A stretch of DNA of 32,000 nucleotides from Aeropyrum pernix K1 (GTDB taxonomy: Archaea; Thermoproteota; Thermoprotei_A; Sulfolobales; Acidilobaceae), in the NCBI RefSeq assembly GCF_000011125.1, contig NC_000854.2, positions 150,001-182,000 of the forward strand. Reading direction: 5' to 3'. A model generated the notes under the pieces. That model saw only the letters and a list, made by a program, of their open reading frames with translations. It did not search any database and was not told the origin of the DNA. Each line of letters begins with the position of its first letter. Within the stretch, counting starts at the first letter, position 1. Of the stretch, positions 1 through 8,494 are shown piece after piece. The translations under genes were made by a program, and so were the position numbers.

Positions 1-238
1 TATTTAACAACGTTAAAATCAATAACCAATCTATAGAAGTTATTCGGGATAGAACGGCATTCAAACAGACCCAGACGAGTTAAGTCTCAATAACCATGGC
101 GAGACACTGTTATAGCCTGTTCTCCCACTTCTTATCCCATAGTTTTACAAGTCTAACGCTTTTCATGAGAGCACAAGCCGCTTCAAAGCCCCAAACCTCC
201 GCTGCAGGAAACAGTTCGTTCTAATAGGCTTGGGATGG

Positions 239-360
239 TGGTGGGCCCGCGGGGATTTGAACCCCGGACCACGGGGTCCCGAGTCGGGCGGAGCCTCCCG
301 CCCTCCAGCGGGACCTTCTGCTCCGTACCCCGCATCCTAGCCAGGCTAGACGACGGGCCC
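239..360 (-). tRNA. tRNA-Pro (anticodon CGG) with a ~44-nt intron; 3' CCA is genome-encoded
   Basis: The reverse complement reads GGGCCCG-UC-GUCU-AGCCUGGCUA-GGAU-G-CGGGG-[44 nt]-CUCGGGA-CCCCG-UGGUC-CGGGG-UUCAAAU-CCCCG-CGGGCCC-A-CCA. This gives a 7-bp acceptor stem, a D arm with GG, a canonical T arm and a 5-bp anticodon stem. The loop CUCGGGA (or UUCGGGA) gives anticodon CGG with G37. A TATA-like TTTAT (386..390, minus sense) lies about 28 nt upstream of the 5' end. Confidence 0.85.
284..327 (-). other. tRNA intron at or next to the 5' edge of the anticodon loop (non-canonical position); the junction is ambiguous by 1 nt
   Basis: 51 nt lie between the two anticodon-stem strands (328..332 and 272..276), and 7 of them are needed for the loop. 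Splicing at the canonical 37/38 site would give loop UACGGAA with A33. Splicing at 31/32 or 32/33 restores U33 and G37. The intron contains a GGGCGG/CCGCCC hairpin. Confidence 0.55.
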
Positions 361-412
361 CCGCTTGCTAGTATCCGGTCCGGCCATAAAGATGGTTAGA
401 GCGGCTAGAGGC

Positions 413-973
413 TTAAAGGCTTCTCCCCAAACTTTCCCTACGAACCTCTGCTATACACTCTGGGGGTACCCAGTCAACAGTGTAGACTGTCTTCGACATC
501 CTCTCGACCTTGAGCCCCCTCCTTCTTAGACACTCAACATCTACCAGGAGAACAGCGACTAGATTGCCGTGCCTTCTGCCGGTTGATACAGCATCTTCAA
601 GAGAGCTTGTGAGGTGGACTTTTAGCCTCCTACCCCTCATTATACCCCTCTCCATAATCAACGGTAGCGCCTCCTCGGTTGTACCGTGATAGAGTATCGG
701 CGGAGGCTCGCCGGGGAGAGGCTCCACATTAACGGGTATCGAGTGCCCATAGCGCGCCCTAATCTCCCCATTCCTCAGCTCATACCTCCCCTTAGGGTCG
801 TGGAGGGCCACGCCCACTATGTGCCACTCTTCCACCCAGCTCCATCCAGCCTTTCTCAACCCCTCGACAACCTCGCTAACCCTGGCCCACCCTTCTCGAG
901 TTAACCTGACACCATACCTCCCAGGATGGTGCCGCAGTATGCCTGCCAGGGTCTTGCTTAGCCTTACGCGCAT
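413..973 (-). CDS. kptA: RNA 2'-phosphotransferase (Tpt1/KptA family), 187 aa
   Basis: The translation carries the family pattern: LSKTLAGILRHHPGRYGV, DPKGRYEL, IRARYGHS, ILYHGTTEEAL, KVHLTSS and VYTVDWVPPECI. I chose the ATG at 973 (MRVRLSK...). The upstream part of the 256-aa track ORF is Pro/Ser-rich and overlaps the divergent gene. Confidence 0.9.
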   Translation of the reverse strand: MRVRLSKTLAGILRHHPGRYGVRLTREGWARVSEVVEGLRKAGWSWVEEWHIVGVALHDPKGRYELRNGEIRARYGHSIPVNVEPLPGEPPPILYHGTTEEALPLIMERGIMRGRRLKVHLTSSLEDAVSTGRRHGNLVAVLLVDVECLRRRGLKVERMSKTVYTVDWVPPECIAEVRRESLGRSL

Positions 974-1134
974 ACCCCCAGGCAACACTGCTCTAGCCTT
1001 ACACCGGCAGTTGCTCCTACCCTCCACTACGGTGCCATCGCAACATAGAGCAAGCTCGGGGAGCTCCTCCGCCACTCCTCCCCCCAGTATTTCTAGGCTC
1101 GGCTGGGAGAATAGAGTTGTTGGGGTTGGAATGG

Positions 1135-1524
1135 ATGGGTGGTGAGGGTCCTGGTAGCGACGATATTGTGAAGAAGATGGCACAGCTTATGATGCAGGGG
1201 GCTGTAATGCTGGATAAGACGTGTCCTGCAGACGGTCTCCCCCTCTTCAAGCTCAAAACGGGGGATGTGGTCTGCCCTGTCCACGGGAAGGTTGTGATAG
1301 TGGCCAGTGACGAGGAGGCGAGAGACGTAGAGGTGGAGGAGATAATAAGGGAGGTTAGGTACAGGGCGGCCAGGAACGTTATGAAGGGTCTTGAGGAGGA
1401 CAATGTGGACACGGTCTCAAAATGGCTAGGTGTTTTGGAGACAGCCGAGAGAATTCTTGCTATAAGGCGAGGAAGCCGGCAGGGCCAGGGGAGCGTTAGA
1501 GGAGAGGGGAGAGAGTCGAAATAG
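1135..1524 (+). CDS. UPF0148 / Sjogren-scleroderma autoantigen-1-like small zinc-ribbon-type protein
   Basis: MAQLMMQGAVMLDKTCPADGLPLFKLKTGDVVCPVHG matches the family N-terminus (L..GA.ML...CP.CG.PLF....G...CP.CG), followed by an acidic/helical tail. The start is uncertain: TTG 1117, ATG 1135 or ATG 1177. Confidence 0.6.
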   Translation: MGGEGPGSDDIVKKMAQLMMQGAVMLDKTCPADGLPLFKLKTGDVVCPVHGKVVIVASDEEARDVEVEEIIREVRYRAARNVMKGLEEDNVDTVSKWLGVLETAERILAIRRGSRQGQGSVRGEGRESK

Positions 1525-1605
1525 GGTGAACCCCTGTTTTAACCCAGACGCGATAAAGTATATTCTCTAGGGCTGGGGAATTCTGCCTACAGCGCGGGTG
1601 TTTAT

Positions 1606-2493
1606 ATGCAGGGATTAACAGACTGCATAGACGCCTTGGACATAGCTAGGGCGGTGAGAGTAGAGGGAGTATCTGCTCGCTTAGCCGGTGAGGGGAGGGG
1701 AGAGGCTAGCGGGGAGAAAAGGCATAAGATAGAGGTTCTGGTGAAAGACCCCTCATCGCCGAGTATAGACGAGATGCCCCTACTTTCTGCCCTTAGGGTT
1801 GCTTTCGCCAAGTCGGGCCAGCTTCTGGTTCTTAGGCCTTACGAGAAAGAGGCGGCCCCGAGGGAGGACGTTTTGGCGGGGTTGCTGAGGAGTCTCGTCG
1901 AGGAGGGTAAGCCTTTCGTAGCTATAGTGCCTAGCCTACTAGCGGTGGGACTGGCCTCCCGCCTCCCGGCGAGAGTTATAGACGCACTGGAGAGTCTTAG
2001 CGTCGTTGTCGAGGCTAAGGTGGCTGTTAGAAACCTGGTTTACCTCCCTGTCCCTGAGGTTAACGACGTCATTGAGATAGTTGGGAAGAAGAATAGTGCC
2101 GCAAGCTACGAGAGGATCAGGAGGCTTGAAGAGGCTGCAGGCAGGTACGGTATAAAGGTTAGGGGCCACGTCCTCCTCAACAGCAACATGGAAATACTAG
2201 AGTACATTGTAAGCGGCGGTGTCGACGGCCTATCCATGAGAGTGCCCGTTACAAAACTCGCACTGTATATCCTAGCGATATCGCGGTGCCTCGACATCCC
2301 CATAACGCCAGTTACCCTGGAGGAAACCTCGCTACATACAATATACTTCCACGGACTAGGAAGCCGGGAGGCGGAAGCCTTTATCGAAGCACTGCGGAGC
2401 CCACTAACGAGGCCGAGTGAAGAAGAGGTGGCGAGGCTCGTGGAAAGGGGTGCGGCAAAGCTAGTCGAAATCCTTGCTAGGCCTAGGGTGTGA
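1606..2493 (+). CDS. hypothetical protein, 295 aa
   Basis: Long ATG-initiated ORF with normal-looking composition and AT-rich TATA-like sequence 40-55 nt upstream (about 1553..1565). I recognise no family motif. Confidence 0.55.
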   Translation: MQGLTDCIDALDIARAVRVEGVSARLAGEGRGEASGEKRHKIEVLVKDPSSPSIDEMPLLSALRVAFAKSGQLLVLRPYEKEAAPREDVLAGLLRSLVEEGKPFVAIVPSLLAVGLASRLPARVIDALESLSVVVEAKVAVRNLVYLPVPEVNDVIEIVGKKNSAASYERIRRLEEAAGRYGIKVRGHVLLNSNMEILEYIVSGGVDGLSMRVPVTKLALYILAISRCLDIPITPVTLEETSLHTIYFHGLGSREAEAFIEALRSPLTRPSEEEVARLVERGAAKLVEILARPRV

Positions 2494-3676
2494 GGTCTAT
2501 TGGCTCAATGGTTACCAGCCCTAGCACTAGTATGAGGGTTGCAACGCCCAGACCAGCTCCCAAGAGCCTGCCGCTCGGGCCCAACAACCTCTCCCCCACA
2601 TGAACGGCTACGTGCCCACCGTCACTCATTATGGCGGCGCCGGGAAGGGGTAGGAGGAGGGGTGCAGCGTTAACTAGGGCAACGCCTAGGTTGAGCAGGA
2701 ATAGGGCGTTCATGATAGTTGCCAATGGGGAGTCGTAGAACTCCGCAACTCTAACTCCAATTGTGCTCCTGCCAGCCTCCTTCACAACCTTTAGATCTAA
2801 AAGCTCTCCACCTTCTTTTTTGACCCTTACCGTAAACTCCACATTGCTTGCCGGGTCTGTCACCCCAATTTTCTCGAAGATCCTCCTAAGGTCCTCCAGA
2901 CTCTTGACGGGCTCGCCGTTTACCTCCACTATCACCATACCAGGTCCTAACCCCGCCGCGTCAGCCGGGCTTCCCTCCTCAACTCCAAGAATCTTTACTC
3001 CAGAAGGCTCTGCTACCGGTGCAGTCATAGCGATCAAGAGGGTCAGAAGGGCTATCAGGATGTTGGCAGTAACCCCTGCCGAGAAGACCTTGAGCCTCGA
3101 CACCAGCCTGGCCTTCATGAGCTGCTCCTCGTCAAGCTCGACGAATGCTGCCGGTATAAAGAGTAGGATGGCTATACCCGCGTTCTTGACTCTAATCCCC
3201 TCGGCGACGGCAACAACTGCATGACCGAGCTCGTGAGCCACGACACCAACTCCTAGTGCAACAGCGACGTAGACCAGGTCCTCCCAGGGGATTGTAACCC
3301 CTGGTATCAGTGGGATGAATCCTCCCGCAGCCTCGCCCCCCTCACCTGGAGGTACGAGAAACTTGGCCTTAGCAGCCTGTAAAGCGAGGTAGTAGAATAG
3401 GGCTAGGGCTGCCATCATCACAGCAATGGCCAGATAGCCGTAGAGCCTGAGCACGCCCCTTAGCCTGCCCTCCCCTAGGGGTTCCCCTGTGACACCTATC
3501 CTGACAATGATGCCGAAAGGGAGTATAGAAACCCTCCCCTCACGTCTGCCCCTACCATAGATTAGATACAGAGCTATCCATGCCAGCGCAATGCCCGCTG
3601 CAACTGCTATCTCGATACCAGCCAAGACTGGCACTCCTACTATCCTGAAACTGGGGCCCTCCAAGGCTATATCCAA
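2483..3676 (-). CDS. M50 (site-2 protease) family membrane metalloprotease with an internal PDZ domain
   Basis: HELGH zinc motif inside a hydrophobic helix and multiple TM segments. PDZ-like GVKILGVEEGSPADAAGLGPGMVIVEVNGEPV. C-terminal LNLGVALVNAAPLLLPLPGAAIMSDGGH fits the NxxPxxxxDG motif. Confidence 0.85.
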   Translation of the reverse strand: MDIALEGPSFRIVGVPVLAGIEIAVAAGIALAWIALYLIYGRGRREGRVSILPFGIIVRIGVTGEPLGEGRLRGVLRLYGYLAIAVMMAALALFYYLALQAAKAKFLVPPGEGGEAAGGFIPLIPGVTIPWEDLVYVAVALGVGVVAHELGHAVVAVAEGIRVKNAGIAILLFIPAAFVELDEEQLMKARLVSRLKVFSAGVTANILIALLTLLIAMTAPVAEPSGVKILGVEEGSPADAAGLGPGMVIVEVNGEPVKSLEDLRRIFEKIGVTDPASNVEFTVRVKKEGGELLDLKVVKEAGRSTIGVRVAEFYDSPLATIMNALFLLNLGVALVNAAPLLLPLPGAAIMSDGGHVAVHVGERLLGPSGRLLGAGLGVATLILVLGLVTIEPIDLTP

Positions 3677-4536
3677 AACGCCTCTGAAGGGCTATGTGGC
3701 ACAGAGTATTGGAAACCCTCATCGCCTCTTATGGACTCCAGTATCTCAGGCGTCTTAGCGGCGGCCTCCTCGGCCGCCGGCCCAGGAGGGGCCCCTCTAA
3801 ACAGCATGATAGCGAACACCATAGTAAATATGTCCCCAGCTCCTGTCGGGTCTTCGACGAGTTTAGGAGGAGGTGGTATTGTGAGGCTGCCAGAGGGGCT
3901 GAGGACCTCGCCTCCGGCCTCGCCCCGGGTGTAGACTATGATGTTTGCCATAGGCTCGCGAGGGGGGTCACTGGCATCATCGCTTGATATATGGGCGAGT
4001 GAGCCTATCCTAGCCGTGGGGGGAGTCCAGACGGATGCGTAGCCTCGGTAATAGCCCTGCAGGTCAACAGCTGTTATGGCGCTGAAGTTGTTATGTATAT
4101 AGGATGCGAGGCCTCCATCGTCCTCCCCATGGAGGGGTGAGATGAGAACTACGTTGTACGCCCCTGCGCTGAGTACTCTTAACACTCTCGCGGGGTCTAG
4201 AGGCTCCGGCCTCCCTATGAGCGTTGACACCCTCTGACCGCCAGCCTTATACTTATGCCTGTATACGTAGCCTTCGCCGACAACACGGTAGCCTAGACGC
4301 TCGACGCCCAGCCGTCTCTCGACAACGGCTGTATCGAGAGTGGTATAACCAACTGGGCCCACAGCATAGGCTCTGCAGCCTAGCTTCCCGGCTGCGTACC
4401 CGGCGTATAGCGCGGGCCCGCCGGGCCTCCTGACGATGCTACCTCCTATCTCTACAACGTCTACCGTGGGGGGCGATACTATTAGGACTCTGCATATCGC
4501 CAAAAGCCACCGCCAAAATAAATGTCCTACGATCAA
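3667..4536 (-). CDS. PfkB/ribokinase-family carbohydrate kinase
   Basis: N-terminal GGPALYAGYAAGKLG and C-terminal DPTGAGDIF (PfkB signature 2). The TTG start at 4536 is uncertain, and the conserved core begins near VDVVEIGGS. There is a 10-nt overlap with the downstream protease gene. Confidence 0.75.
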   Translation of the reverse strand: MIVGHLFWRWLLAICRVLIVSPPTVDVVEIGGSIVRRPGGPALYAGYAAGKLGCRAYAVGPVGYTTLDTAVVERRLGVERLGYRVVGEGYVYRHKYKAGGQRVSTLIGRPEPLDPARVLRVLSAGAYNVVLISPLHGEDDGGLASYIHNNFSAITAVDLQGYYRGYASVWTPPTARIGSLAHISSDDASDPPREPMANIIVYTRGEAGGEVLSPSGSLTIPPPPKLVEDPTGAGDIFTMVFAIMLFRGAPPGPAAEEAAAKTPEILESIRGDEGFQYSVPHSPSEAFWI

Positions 4537-4577
4537 GCCTTCTATAACGGCTTCCTGCCGCCGGGAAATGGTGGTTT

Positions 4578-5789
4578 GTGTTGGAGGACCTGGAGCATGG
4601 GGTTGCCTCTAACGGGCTCCGCTACGGCTTCTATAGGGTAGAGAGCGAGAGCGCCGCTATCTGTATAGCCGCTAGGGGTGGAAGCAGTTTCGAGCCGCCC
4701 GGGAAGTATGGTATAGCACATCTAACAGAGCATATGATTTTCAGGGGGAACGAGTACCTGCAGGACGGAGAGCTGGACAGGGCTGTGGAACTATCGGGTG
4801 GCGAGGCTAACGCGTACACCACCAGGGAGCTCATTCTACTCTGCGCCGAGTTTGTATCCGACAGCCTCGCCAGAGTGGCTGAAAAACTCTTCCTTGCGGT
4901 ATCCGCCAGGAGGCTTGTCGAGGGCGAGTTTGAGAGGGAGAGGGCTGTTGTTGAGGCTGAGGTGAAGGGTTTGATTAGCAGCCCGGAGAGCAGGATCTAT
5001 AGGCTAGCCCACGCGAGCGCCTGGGGGGACAGCCACCTCGGCAGGCCTATAGAGGGTTACCCTGAGACTGTGGCAAATATTAGTAAGGCGGATGTGGAGG
5101 AGTACAAGGCCAGTGTGTTCAGCCCGGAGAGGATGTCTCTGGCTATAGTGGGCAGGATCTCTAGGCTGGAGGCTCTCCGGGTCGTGAAGCTCTTCAGCCA
5201 GCTAGAGCCCGGTGGAAAGGTGCGGGAGCCAGAGACGCCGGAGCCTAGGACCACATTCCTGAGGGAGGAGAGGGGTATTGAGGCAGCCTATGCAGCCCTC
5301 ACCCTCCCCCTGCCTCCGCGGAGCGGGTTGGCTAACGTCCTGGCAAGGCTAAGGGGCGTCGTATTCAACCTTGAGGCGGGTGCCACCAGTATTCTCTTCA
5401 AAGAAGTCAGGGAGGAGAGGGGCCTGGCATATGGTTTTAATGTAGACGTCCACATTACAAGCTGGGGCTCCAGTATGTCTCTGATCGTGCTTGAAGGCAA
5501 TAGAGATAGAGTTGGGGAACTCTTTGACGCCATGACGCGTTCCCTCGAAAGGGCGCTTCGCGGCGGCTACCCCGAAAGCGAGTGGCGGGAAGGGAGGAGG
5601 AGGCTCTACAGGTTTTACACTAGGAGGGAGGCGATCTCTAACATGGAGAGGGCCGATGCCCTCTCAGCGGTCATACTCTTCCATGAAAAGCCGTTCACGC
5701 TGGAGGACCTCGTAAACCAAACCCTCAGTAGCGAGTGGAGTCTTGAGGAGTTCCTAAGGCTCCCCCGGGGCTTAGCCCTCATAGTCTAG
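4578..5789 (+). CDS. M16 (pitrilysin/insulinase) family zinc peptidase
   Basis: Inverted zinc motif HLTEH in GIAHLTEHMIFRG, plus the downstream Glu-rich region typical of M16. GTG start. Confidence 0.8.
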   Translation: MLEDLEHGVASNGLRYGFYRVESESAAICIAARGGSSFEPPGKYGIAHLTEHMIFRGNEYLQDGELDRAVELSGGEANAYTTRELILLCAEFVSDSLARVAEKLFLAVSARRLVEGEFERERAVVEAEVKGLISSPESRIYRLAHASAWGDSHLGRPIEGYPETVANISKADVEEYKASVFSPERMSLAIVGRISRLEALRVVKLFSQLEPGGKVREPETPEPRTTFLREERGIEAAYAALTLPLPPRSGLANVLARLRGVVFNLEAGATSILFKEVREERGLAYGFNVDVHITSWGSSMSLIVLEGNRDRVGELFDAMTRSLERALRGGYPESEWREGRRRLYRFYTRREAISNMERADALSAVILFHEKPFTLEDLVNQTLSSEWSLEEFLRLPRGLALIV

Positions 5790-6505
5790 CGGCTCCTGTC
5801 GGACATCATCCTCCTAAAGAACGGGTTTGACGCTGAGAGCCTCCTGACAGCTTCCTCGAACGGCTCTTCCGGCGGCAGCTCAACTTTAATGTAGACCCCT
5901 GTTCTACCTAGCTCTCGCCTTCTCGTCAATACCCTAACCCTCTCCCTGACCGTCTCCAGGCTTATGCCGAGGACCTCAGCCACCCTCCCCTCGTTACCCA
6001 ACACAGGCTCCTCAACATGTCCACGTGGGGTTGGAACTACAAGGATGAGCCTCTTAGTAACACCCGGAGATCTGACGCCTCTTTCAAGCCCAGCAGCATC
6101 AACCTCGCCGCCCCACATGTAGAACTCCCTCTCCCTAGGTTGAAGCCTTGCTAGGGGCAGGCTGACCACCCTCTCCTCTGGGGGGTCTAGGACCAGGTAT
6201 GCCTTGGGAGTGCTACGGGGCGTCGCCATGACTATTATCCTCTTGTAAACCGTGAATCCTGAGGCCTCGAGAGCCTCCTCCACAAGCCCGGGCGGGACAG
6301 GCTCCACTATAGCCACGTCAACATCGCTGCCAGGGTGGACATCCCCCCTGGCCACGCTGCCGTGGACAACCGCCAGACCGGGGTGGACTGTGCGGGAGAG
6401 AGCCCTAACAATCTCTAGCGCCTTCCTCCGTTTTTCCCTTAGGAGGAGCCAGTGCTCCGGGGAGTACTCCACCTCCACTTGAGTAAACACCCTCCGGCCG
6501 GCCAT
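5786..6505 (-). CDS. Pol-beta-superfamily nucleotidyltransferase domain protein with a C-terminal HTH-like segment
   Basis: HGSVARGDVHPGSDVDVAIV is the GS...D.D minimal nucleotidyltransferase motif. VAEVLGISLETVRERVRVL looks like a helix-turn-helix. Confidence 0.7.
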   Translation of the reverse strand: MAGRRVFTQVEVEYSPEHWLLLREKRRKALEIVRALSRTVHPGLAVVHGSVARGDVHPGSDVDVAIVEPVPPGLVEEALEASGFTVYKRIIVMATPRSTPKAYLVLDPPEERVVSLPLARLQPREREFYMWGGEVDAAGLERGVRSPGVTKRLILVVPTPRGHVEEPVLGNEGRVAEVLGISLETVRERVRVLTRRRELGRTGVYIKVELPPEEPFEEAVRRLSASNPFFRRMMSDRSR

Positions 6506-6510
6506 GGGGT

Positions 6511-7101
6511 TTAGAGTTTCCTCAGTAGATCCGCCTCCCTGTCAACCCTGTATATCGGGGGGAGGCCGCTGAGGGTCTCAGCGGAGTGGCTTATGACTAT
6601 TGCGTGCTCGTCGGGCAAGTAGCTCCATTCGAAGTCCAGCTGTCTCGACGGCCTCGGCGGCTCCTCATCCTCCTCAAGGTAGTAGTAGACCTCCATGTGG
6701 ACCCCCTTCGGGCTCCATGTAACTACAAGCCTGTCCGCCTTCAGGTCACTACCCTCAAGTGCTATCATCTCAACCTCAAGCAGCCCCTCGTCGGGGTCGA
6801 AGTCAATCCCTTCCAGCTCGAACCTGCCCTTCGCGTTGAGTCTCTCCAGGAGGGGTGCTACTATATCCCTCCAAAGCGATACTCCATAGTAATAGAGCTC
6901 CTCGAACACTGATACATGCTTATTATGGCGCCTAACCCTTAGATTCTCCGCCCACTCTGCTATCTCCCTCCAGTAGGTGGAGGTTACGTCTGCCAACGTC
7001 CCTAGGAGTCTAGCCGGCTCTACACCCAGCCTTTCCGCCAGCCTACTAATCTTCTCTGCAGCTTCCCCCTCGAGCTCGACCTTCAGCACCTGCTTTTTCA
7101 A
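6511..7101 (-). CDS. hypothetical protein, 196 aa
   Basis: ATG ORF that overlaps the upstream methyltransferase gene by 4 nt and ends 5 nt before the nucleotidyltransferase gene, an operon-like arrangement. No family motif recognised. Confidence 0.55.
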   Translation of the reverse strand: MKKQVLKVELEGEAAEKISRLAERLGVEPARLLGTLADVTSTYWREIAEWAENLRVRRHNKHVSVFEELYYYGVSLWRDIVAPLLERLNAKGRFELEGIDFDPDEGLLEVEMIALEGSDLKADRLVVTWSPKGVHMEVYYYLEEDEEPPRPSRQLDFEWSYLPDEHAIVISHSAETLSGLPPIYRVDREADLLRKL

Positions 7102-7667
7102 TCTACCCTACCCCTTAGAACGTCTATCCTCATGATAACATCCTTACTTGTTACACCTAAAATCTGGGCCCCTGCCGCGAGGAGCTCATCCTTATAGGGG
7201 AGCCTCTTTAGCATGCTCACCACCACAGGCCCCCTTGATACCCTTATGAGCTCCTTAACAGCTCTCCACAAATCGTCCACGAGGTCGAGGACTGTGAAGC
7301 TGTAGACGGTGTCAAACACTCCACTGCCGAAGGGGAGCTTCTCAACATTACCCTCCAAGGCTATGCAGCTCCCGTTGCCGCATAGAACCCCAATCCTAAA
7401 CCGGGCTATACTTAACATGCAAGGGCTGTAGTCGAGGCATGTAAACAAGTCTACAGCGTCTAGGGAGCCATAGGAGGCCATATACTCGAGGAGGAGTCCA
7501 GTCCCGCAGCCAGCATCCAACACCCTACCCTGGGGCCTAACCCTCTTTAGGGCAACGAAAAACTTCTCATACTGTTCAGCCCTATACAGCTCGTCATAAC
7601 CGCTGCATGTCGCCTCGTACTTCTCCCTGATTACAGCTCCCTTACCCTCCAGGCTTCTATCGGACAA
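7098..7667 (-). CDS. class I SAM-dependent methyltransferase
   Basis: Motif I VLDAGCGTGLLLEY, the following acidic residue (CLDYS) and post-motif FDTVYSF, as in small UbiE/COQ5-like methyltransferases. Confidence 0.75.
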   Translation of the reverse strand: MSDRSLEGKGAVIREKYEATCSGYDELYRAEQYEKFFVALKRVRPQGRVLDAGCGTGLLLEYMASYGSLDAVDLFTCLDYSPCMLSIARFRIGVLCGNGSCIALEGNVEKLPFGSGVFDTVYSFTVLDLVDDLWRAVKELIRVSRGPVVVSMLKRLPYKDELLAAGAQILGVTSKDVIMRIDVLRGRVD

Positions 7668-7765
7668 AATGTCGGGCCCCCAAGTTCTGAGGGGGTGGCG
7701 GTTTTGGATTTCCCCCCGGCTGTGAGGAGGTGGGGCGTGGTTGTGTGGCCTCTGTTTAGTGGCCT

Positions 7766-8482
7766 CTACCTCTTCCTCCTCCCAGTCCTCCTGGCAGCTA
7801 TATGGCCCACCTTCCTTCCAGGCGGGGCCGTCCTGGCGACTGTGGAAGGCCTGCCCTTATGCTGGTGCCTCCCGCCTCCGAAGGGGTGGTCTACGGCGTT
7901 CATAGCCACACCCCTAACCCTAGGCCACTTCCTAGCCTTAACCTTCCACTTGTGGTATGCGAAGCCAGCCTTCATTATAGGCTTCTCTATCCTACCCGCA
8001 CCCGCTGGTATGCCGATGGTTGCCCTAGAGTCGTTGGGGACCTCTTTATCCTTCCCGCTGGGCAGCCGTAGAATGGTCTTGGCGCCAGCCCTACCCACCA
8101 CTAGGGCGTAGCTCCCGGCTTGTCTGGCCAGCTTGCCGCCGTCTCCAGGCCTGAGCTCGACGTTGAATACTTCCGTGCCCTCGGGTATTTTGCCTAGGGG
8201 GAGTATGTTGCCAGCCTCCGGCTTTGCAGCGGGCCCGATCTCTATAATCTGCCCGACGTACATTCCCTCAGCAGCTGGCATGAGAAACTCTACGCCATCC
8301 TCCCTCACAACCCTGGCAAGCGGCACATAGCGGCCGGGGTCGTGTATCAGCTCTACTACCTTTCCTCTTAAAGTGTCTCCTGAAAGTGGGGGGTATTTAG
8401 CCGGGCCCGGGTGTATATGGGCCCTGCTTCGATACGTCGGCGTTCCCCTGCCGGCCCTCTGCTGCCTCAGCCTCTTGCCCAT
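7766..8482 (-). CDS. rpl2: 50S ribosomal protein L2 (uL2)
   Basis: MGKRLRQQRAGRGTPTYRSRAH..., GDGGKLARQAGSYA, AMNAVDHPFGGGRHQHKGRPSTV and the basic C-terminus are diagnostic for archaeal uL2. A GGAGG lies just upstream of the ATG. Confidence 0.95.
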   Translation of the reverse strand: MGKRLRQQRAGRGTPTYRSRAHIHPGPAKYPPLSGDTLRGKVVELIHDPGRYVPLARVVREDGVEFLMPAAEGMYVGQIIEIGPAAKPEAGNILPLGKIPEGTEVFNVELRPGDGGKLARQAGSYALVVGRAGAKTILRLPSGKDKEVPNDSRATIGIPAGAGRIEKPIMKAGFAYHKWKVKARKWPRVRGVAMNAVDHPFGGGRHQHKGRPSTVARTAPPGRKVGHIAARRTGRRKR

Positions 8483-8494
8483 GCCTCCTACACC

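Noticed and set aside
974-1183. N-terminal 70 codons of the 256-aa kptA track ORF
   Set aside because: The segment is low-complexity and Pro/Ser/Cys-rich with no family similarity, and it overlaps the divergent UPF0148 gene. Starting at the ATG at 973 gives a normal 187-aa KptA.
5786-7101. MNT/HEPN-type toxin-antitoxin pair (nucleotidyltransferase plus a neighbour containing RRHNKH, which formally fits Rx4H)
   Set aside because: Both proteins are about twice the size of typical MNT and HEPN modules. The Rx4H match is a single short string in a basic patch. The nucleotidyltransferase looks like the widely conserved archaeal housekeeping type.
7695-8111. 138-aa + strand ORF, along with similar ORFs at 7802..8071, 8133..8330 and 8373..8660
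   Set aside because: They lie entirely antisense to rpl2 or the ATPase gene and are Pro/Leu/Ala-rich. These are typical shadow ORFs of GC-rich coding DNA. The same reasoning applies to most other overlapping track ORFs (e.g. 2763..3224, 11921..12328, 17920..18267, 27017..27601).
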